NCBI GenBank assembly: GCA_944387735.1
Contig: CALXGF010000068.1
Location: 1 to 36,121 of the forward strand
Reading direction: 5' to 3'
Source of the DNA: an uncultured Oscillospiraceae bacterium
Lineage (GTDB): Bacteria; Bacillota; Clostridia; Oscillospirales; Oscillospiraceae
Length of the DNA stretch: 36,121 nucleotides
Shown here: positions 32,015 through 36,121 of the stretch, piece by piece
Position numbering within the stretch: position 1 is the first letter of the stretch
Layout: every line of letters starts with the position of its first letter
Position numbers and translations under genes: made by a program
Notes under the pieces: model-generated
Told to the model about the DNA's origin: nothing
The model's input: only the letters and a program-made list of their open reading frames with translations
Database searches by the model: none

Positions 32015-32989
32015 ATGGAAGAGAAACTGAATATGACTATGGAATGGGACAAGACCTTCCCCAAAAGCGGCAGGGTAGAGCACAGCAAGGTCTGTTTCCA
32101 CAACCGCTACGGCATAAATCTGGCGGCGGACCTGTACAAGCCCAAGGGGGCCGAGGGCAGGCTGCCCGCCCTGGCGGTATGCGGGCCCTTCGGGGCGGTA
32201 AAGGAGCAATGCTCCGGCCTCTACGCCCAGACCATGGCGGAACGGGGCTTTCTCACTCTGGCCTTCGACCCCTCTTTTACCGGAGAGAGCGGCGGCAGCC
32301 CCAGGTATGTGGCCTCCCCCGACATCAACACCGAGGATTTCCAGGCGGCTGTGGACTTTCTGTCGGTCCATGGGGACGCAGACCCGGAGCGGATAGGCAT
32401 TATCGGTATCTGCGGCTGGGGGGGCATGGCCCTCAACGCTGCGGCAATAGACACCAGGATAAAGGCCACGGTTGCCTCCACCATGTACGACATGAGCCGG
32501 GTCAACGCCAAGGGCTATTTTGATTCGGAGGACAGCCCGGAGCAGCGGCACGCAAAACGCCTTGCCCTCAACGCCCAGCGCACCGAGGACTATAAAAACG
32601 GCTCTTATAAGCGGGCCGGCGGCGTGGTGGACCCCCTGCCGGAGGACGCCCCCTTCTTTGTAAAGGACTACTACGACTACTACAAGACCTCCCGGGGATA
32701 TCACAGGCGCTCTCTCAACTCCAACGAGGGCTGGAATGTGACTTCCTCCCTGTCCTTTCTCAATATGCCCATCCTCCAATACAGCTGCGAGATAGAGAGC
32801 GCCGTGCTGCTCATCCATGGAGACAAGGCCCACTCCTGCTATTTCAGCCGGGACGCCTTTGAAAAGCTCAAAGGCGACAACAAAGAGCTGCTGCTGATTC
32901 CAGGGGCCGTACACACGGACCTGTATGACCGGACGGACATCATCCCCTTTGACAAAATCACCGCCTTCTTCCGGCGGTATCTGGCCTGA
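32015..32989 (+). CDS. Alpha/beta-fold hydrolase (dienelactone-hydrolase-like, Cys at the nucleophile-elbow position)
   Basis: 324 aa. LPALAVCGPFG lies in the oxyanion region. The elbow-like IGIIGICGWGGMA carries Cys133 where a Ser is usual. C-terminal LLIPGAVHTDLYD supplies a candidate catalytic His. GGAGG RBS upstream. Confidence 0.7.
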   Translation: MEEKLNMTMEWDKTFPKSGRVEHSKVCFHNRYGINLAADLYKPKGAEGRLPALAVCGPFGAVKEQCSGLYAQTMAERGFLTLAFDPSFTGESGGSPRYVASPDINTEDFQAAVDFLSVHGDADPERIGIIGICGWGGMALNAAAIDTRIKATVASTMYDMSRVNAKGYFDSEDSPEQRHAKRLALNAQRTEDYKNGSYKRAGGVVDPLPEDAPFFVKDYYDYYKTSRGYHRRSLNSNEGWNVTSSLSFLNMPILQYSCEIESAVLLIHGDKAHSCYFSRDAFEKLKGDNKELLLIPGAVHTDLYDRTDIIPFDKITAFFRRYLA

Positions 32990-32999
32990 AGGGCAGGCT

Positions 33000-33539
33000 A
33001 TGACCGGTAGGAAATATGCGGCGGCAGCTCTTGCGGCCTGCCTGGCGTTTATCCTGACCGCCTGCGGCGGGTCCAGCCCGGCGGCGGAGAGCTCAGGCCC
33101 TGTCGCCGAAAATCCGGGGGCTGCGGCCCCGGAACTCTCCCCCGGCCGGGAGAACACAGGTCAAAAGGAGGAAGACATCTTGATTTACGCCCATGTGGGA
33201 GACGAGGTTTTGAAGATAGTCCCGGAGGACAATTCCTCAGCAGAGGATTTTATCTCTCTGCTGGGAGAGGGTGACGTCACCATAGATATGGAGGACTACG
33301 GCGGCTTTGAGAAGGTGGGCAGCCTGGGGCGGAGCCTCAGCACAAACGACCGGCCCATCACTACTCAGCCCGGAGACGTGATCCTGTATCAGGGCAGCTC
33401 CGTCACCATATATTACGACACCAACACCTGGAGCCTTACTCTCCTGGGCAGGATTCAGGGCCTGAGTCAGGAGGAGCTGAAAGACATTTTGGGCGGCGGC
33501 AGCGTCACAGTCACCTTCTCCCTTAAAGAAAATATTTAA
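33000..33539 (+). CDS. Exported lipoprotein with a cyclophilin-like-fold domain
   Basis: Internal start MTGRKYAAAALAACLAFILTAC (lipobox LTAC). The body (NSSAEDFISLL...MEDYGGFEKVGSL...TTQPGDVILYQGSSVTIYYDTNTWSLTLLGRIQG) resembles the cyclophilin-like family common in Clostridia, as I recall it. Confidence 0.6.
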   Translation: MTGRKYAAAALAACLAFILTACGGSSPAAESSGPVAENPGAAAPELSPGRENTGQKEEDILIYAHVGDEVLKIVPEDNSSAEDFISLLGEGDVTIDMEDYGGFEKVGSLGRSLSTNDRPITTQPGDVILYQGSSVTIYYDTNTWSLTLLGRIQGLSQEELKDILGGGSVTVTFSLKENI

Positions 33540-33545
33540 GCTTAC

Positions 33546-33575
33546 AAAACCCGGCGGGAAATACCGCCGGGTTTT
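33546..33575 (+). terminator. Intrinsic terminator of the MerR-controlled operon
   Basis: 12-bp perfect stem AAAACCCGGCGG / CCGCCGGGTTTT with a 6-nt loop. A second 8-bp GC hairpin lies at 33611-33634, followed by a T-rich tract. Confidence 0.8.
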
Positions 33576-33690
33576 GTCGGCTGCATACGGCAAAAGTAAA
33601 AGAGAATTTTCGCCGGGCTGCAAAATGCCCGGCGTCTTTGCGTCTTTATAATATATAGCCATATAGCCGAAAACATGGAGGTACAAAACC

Positions 33691-35910
33691 ATGAGGAAAA
33701 AACTCACGGCGGCGCTGCTTATATTTATACTGCTGCTCAGCGCCTGCGGCCGGGGAGGAGAGGTTACCGCTCCCCCGGAGAATGTGGAAGCGGAAGGGGA
33801 GGGAGCCCAGGCCCAAGCCGTCTCCGCAGAGGAGGCCAAGCTCTCCGCAGCCTATGTGCCCAGGGAGATCGCCTTTCCCCCGGAACTTAAAAAGTGTGAT
33901 TTCTGGACTTCCCTGGGGGATAGCCTGTGGTTTGCCGGGCGGGACAGTGAAGGCGGCTTCCTCCTGGCGGAGTACGACACCATTTCCGGCAGCTGGCGCA
34001 GCTTGCCTCTGGATGCGGGGGAAGCCCATCGGCCCGAAATCCGGAGTTTTTCCATGGCCGATGGCAGCTTCTGGCTGCTGCTGGCAGAAAGCCGCAACCA
34101 GGAGGACGTGGAAAACGGTCTGTCCCTGGAGGAGCTGGGCTACTACGTCTTAAGCGGCAGCATAGACGGAGAGCAGAGCTGCGTCCGTGTGCCCTTTGAG
34201 GGCGGAGCCTCCACGGAGACCAGCATGCTCAGCTTCTCCTCCCTTCTGGCCCTGGACTCCAACCGGGCCCTGCTGAGCACCGAGAGCTCCTTTTTTGAGG
34301 TAGACCGGCAGCTGAACATCCTATCCCAGCCGGAGCCGGATGCGGAGGGCTACGGGGCAAAATTAAAGATAGATGATGAGACCTGGATGCAGACTCGCTC
34401 CGGGGCCTGGGCCCCGCTGGATACGGCAAGTCTGAGCCTGGACATGAGCCGCAGCATAGAAGCGGAGCGTCTCAGCGGCTCCAGCAATGCCGGGCGCTTC
34501 CTGTGCCTGGAAGACGGAGCTCTTTACGCCTATGACCCGGCTACTGGGGAAAAGACGGATATATTCAAGTACATTGACGTTGCCCTGAAGCTGGAGAGCC
34601 TGAGCAGCTTCACATTCTTTGAAAACTCCAGGGGCGTCTTTTTCTACAGGCAGAGCAGTTCCCTTGTGGAAGTCAGCCCCAAGCTGGTGAGGGAAAAGCG
34701 GCCGCTGCGCCTGCTCTGCTTCGGCAACGCCGGGACCGATGCCTATCAATATTCCCTAACCGGCTACGACTACAGCGACGCCATGATGGACGCCGTCATC
34801 CGCTTCAACAACACCGACCCGGAGTACAGAGTGGAGATAGTCTCCTGGGTATATGAGGACGAGGCAGAGCTGGACCGGCTGCTGATAGAGCTGAGCCGGA
34901 CGGAGGACATCGACCTGGTGGATACCAGCTTTCTGCCGGAAGGGGCGGTGGACGCCGGGCTCTTTACCGATATGCTGCCTTATCTGGATTCCGACCCGGA
35001 GCTGAGCCGGGAGGACTTTATCCAGCCCCTTTTAAACGGCATGATATACAAGGGCGGGCTCTACCAGTACACCGCCAGGTTCTCCATGATATCCATGGCC
35101 GCCAGCGATAAGCTGTTCCCCGGCCGGGAGAACTGGACTTCCCAGGCGGTCATGGACATAGCGGAAAAGTACGGCGCCATGCCCGGGGTGGATAGGGAAA
35201 AGCTCTCCTCCCTGTTTCAGCAAGCCGCCACGGCGGAGTTCATAGACTGGGAGAACATGAGCTGCGATTTTGAAAGCCCGGCCTTTATAAACTGGATGGA
35301 GCTGCTCTCCAAGCTGGCGGCTGAGGAGGGCGGCCAGGGGTTGCACCCGCTCACGATGATATCCGATATGGCTACGGATGCCGGGACCATGCTGCGGAAC
35401 CCTTACGGCCCGGAGCAGGATTTCAGCTTTGTGGCGGCCGGTTTCCCGGACACGGAGGGAACCGGCAGCTACTTCATCCCCATGAGCCGGGAGACTGAGC
35501 GATTCAACGTATCTCTCAGCACTTGGGGAAAAAATGCCAGCGCCGGCATCCTGGCGTCCAGTCCCAACAAGGAGGCCGCCTGGCGCTTTATCCGCTGTCT
35601 CATGCTCAGCGGCGGCACGGACAAGACCGACGGCATACCGCCCCTGAAGGCGAGCTTTGAGGCGGTCCTGGAGTCCTCCATAGACTATGAGGATGGGAAC
35701 TCCGAATCCAGCTCCTTCAGCCCGGAGGACGCTCAGATGCTGCGGCAGCAGGTCTACGGCGACAGCAAGCTGTCCCATACGGACCCGGCTTTGCTGGACA
35801 TTCTGGACAGGGAATTCACCGCTTTCCTGGAGGGCGGCTCCACGGCTCAGGACTGCGCCGGACAGATACAGAGCCGGGTGAGCCTTTACCTGGCGGAAAA
35901 TGCAGACTAA
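33691..35910 (+). CDS. Large lipoprotein, paralogue of 8878-11004, with a repeat-like N-terminal half and a solute-binding-protein-like C-terminal half
   Basis: Lipobox LLSACG. Collinear matches to the 708-aa protein: FNNTDPEYRVEIVSW vs FNEANGDIKIDVVNY; YKGGLYQY vs YKGALYNL; GRENWTSQ vs DRENWNAG; NKEAAWRFIRCLMLS vs AKEGVWRFFEYLLS; QIQSRVSLYLAEN vs NIQSKVSIYLAEQ. Confidence 0.65.
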   Translation: MRKKLTAALLIFILLLSACGRGGEVTAPPENVEAEGEGAQAQAVSAEEAKLSAAYVPREIAFPPELKKCDFWTSLGDSLWFAGRDSEGGFLLAEYDTISGSWRSLPLDAGEAHRPEIRSFSMADGSFWLLLAESRNQEDVENGLSLEELGYYVLSGSIDGEQSCVRVPFEGGASTETSMLSFSSLLALDSNRALLSTESSFFEVDRQLNILSQPEPDAEGYGAKLKIDDETWMQTRSGAWAPLDTASLSLDMSRSIEAERLSGSSNAGRFLCLEDGALYAYDPATGEKTDIFKYIDVALKLESLSSFTFFENSRGVFFYRQSSSLVEVSPKLVREKRPLRLLCFGNAGTDAYQYSLTGYDYSDAMMDAVIRFNNTDPEYRVEIVSWVYEDEAELDRLLIELSRTEDIDLVDTSFLPEGAVDAGLFTDMLPYLDSDPELSREDFIQPLLNGMIYKGGLYQYTARFSMISMAASDKLFPGRENWTSQAVMDIAEKYGAMPGVDREKLSSLFQQAATAEFIDWENMSCDFESPAFINWMELLSKLAAEEGGQGLHPLTMISDMATDAGTMLRNPYGPEQDFSFVAAGFPDTEGTGSYFIPMSRETERFNVSLSTWGKNASAGILASSPNKEAAWRFIRCLMLSGGTDKTDGIPPLKASFEAVLESSIDYEDGNSESSSFSPEDAQMLRQQVYGDSKLSHTDPALLDILDREFTAFLEGGSTAQDCAGQIQSRVSLYLAENAD

Positions 35911-35935
35911 CGGTTTTAATTTGGAAAATGCATAT

Positions 35936-35961
35936 GGCCCCGCCGGAAATCCGGCGGGGCC
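35936..35961. terminator. GC-rich hairpin downstream of the second lipoprotein gene (terminator-like, no clear plus-strand U-tract)
   Basis: 11-bp perfect stem GGCCCCGCCGG / CCGGCGGGGCC with a 4-nt loop. There is no T-run directly abutting either arm. The nearest one on the minus strand (ATTTTCC) lies about 8 nt beyond the hairpin, so the assignment is ambiguous. Confidence 0.4.
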
Positions 35962-36121
35962 TGAGACTGTCAAAAAACTATGCTTTTGTTCAACACAATA
36001 GAGCAGCGGGGGAGCGCGAGGGGGTCAAGACCCGCCTCGCAGCACAATAACCCGCCACAGAAAAGCCTTGAAAATCAAGGCTTTTCGAGCGCAGCAGCAT
36101 TTTGCCCTTAGCAAAATGCTT

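Noticed and set aside
33611-33652. An 8-bp GC hairpin followed by TATAAT upstream of the second lipoprotein gene, considered as a riboswitch or attenuator
   Set aside because: The region is too short and simple. It is best explained as a back-up terminator for the upstream operon plus a possible -10 element, for which I found no convincing -35. No conserved riboswitch core is recognisable.
1-36121. Search for CRISPR arrays, tRNA/rRNA genes, IS elements, integrases, toxin-antitoxin pairs or known defence-system genes
   Set aside because: I found no direct-repeat/spacer periodicity, no tRNA-like T-arm/acceptor patterns, no transposase or integrase motifs, and no terminal inverted repeats. AddAB is the canonical recombination/repair enzyme and I do not treat it as a novel defence system.

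Overview
The window looks like a high-GC Gram-positive chromosome, probably Clostridia-like. This is inferred from AddAB rather than RecBCD, MurT/GatD, many lipobox lipoproteins and GGAGG ribosome-binding sites. I support 28 protein-coding genes and saw no rRNA, tRNA, CRISPR array, IS element or prophage signature. Many long ORFs in the six-frame track are antisense artefacts of the high G+C content. Layout from left to right: (1) a yfcE-like/murT/gatD/amidohydrolase/PHP operon for peptidoglycan iso-Gln amidation plus housekeeping hydrolases; (2) a MATE efflux gene on the minus strand; (3) an ECF-type sigma factor, translationally coupled to a single-pass membrane protein (putative anti-sigma), then a 708-aa lipoprotein with a solute-binding-protein-like C-terminus; (4) a tightly packed nine-gene operon (11.15-19.1 kb) with one promoter and one terminator; (5) a LysR regulator divergent from a TAXI-TRAP transporter; (6) rpmE, addA, addB and merR on the minus strand; (7) a MerR-type 19-nt-spacer promoter driving an iron-sulfur-flavoprotein-like gene, an alpha/beta hydrolase and an exported cyclophilin-like lipoprotein; (8) a second 739-aa lipoprotein paralogous to the one in (3). 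The best candidate for an undescribed system is operon (4). It has the logic of an Arn/Gtr-type lipid-linked amino-sugar decoration pathway: WecE transaminase, PseH-like GNAT, ArnC/GtrB-like GT2, an ArnE/F-like pair and a GT-C-like polytopic protein. It also carries an ATP-grasp ligase, a second paralogous GT2 and a co-transcribed proC. The second candidate is the sigma/anti-sigma/SBP-like-lipoprotein module. All functional calls come from motif recognition by eye and from memory of protein families. No database search was run.
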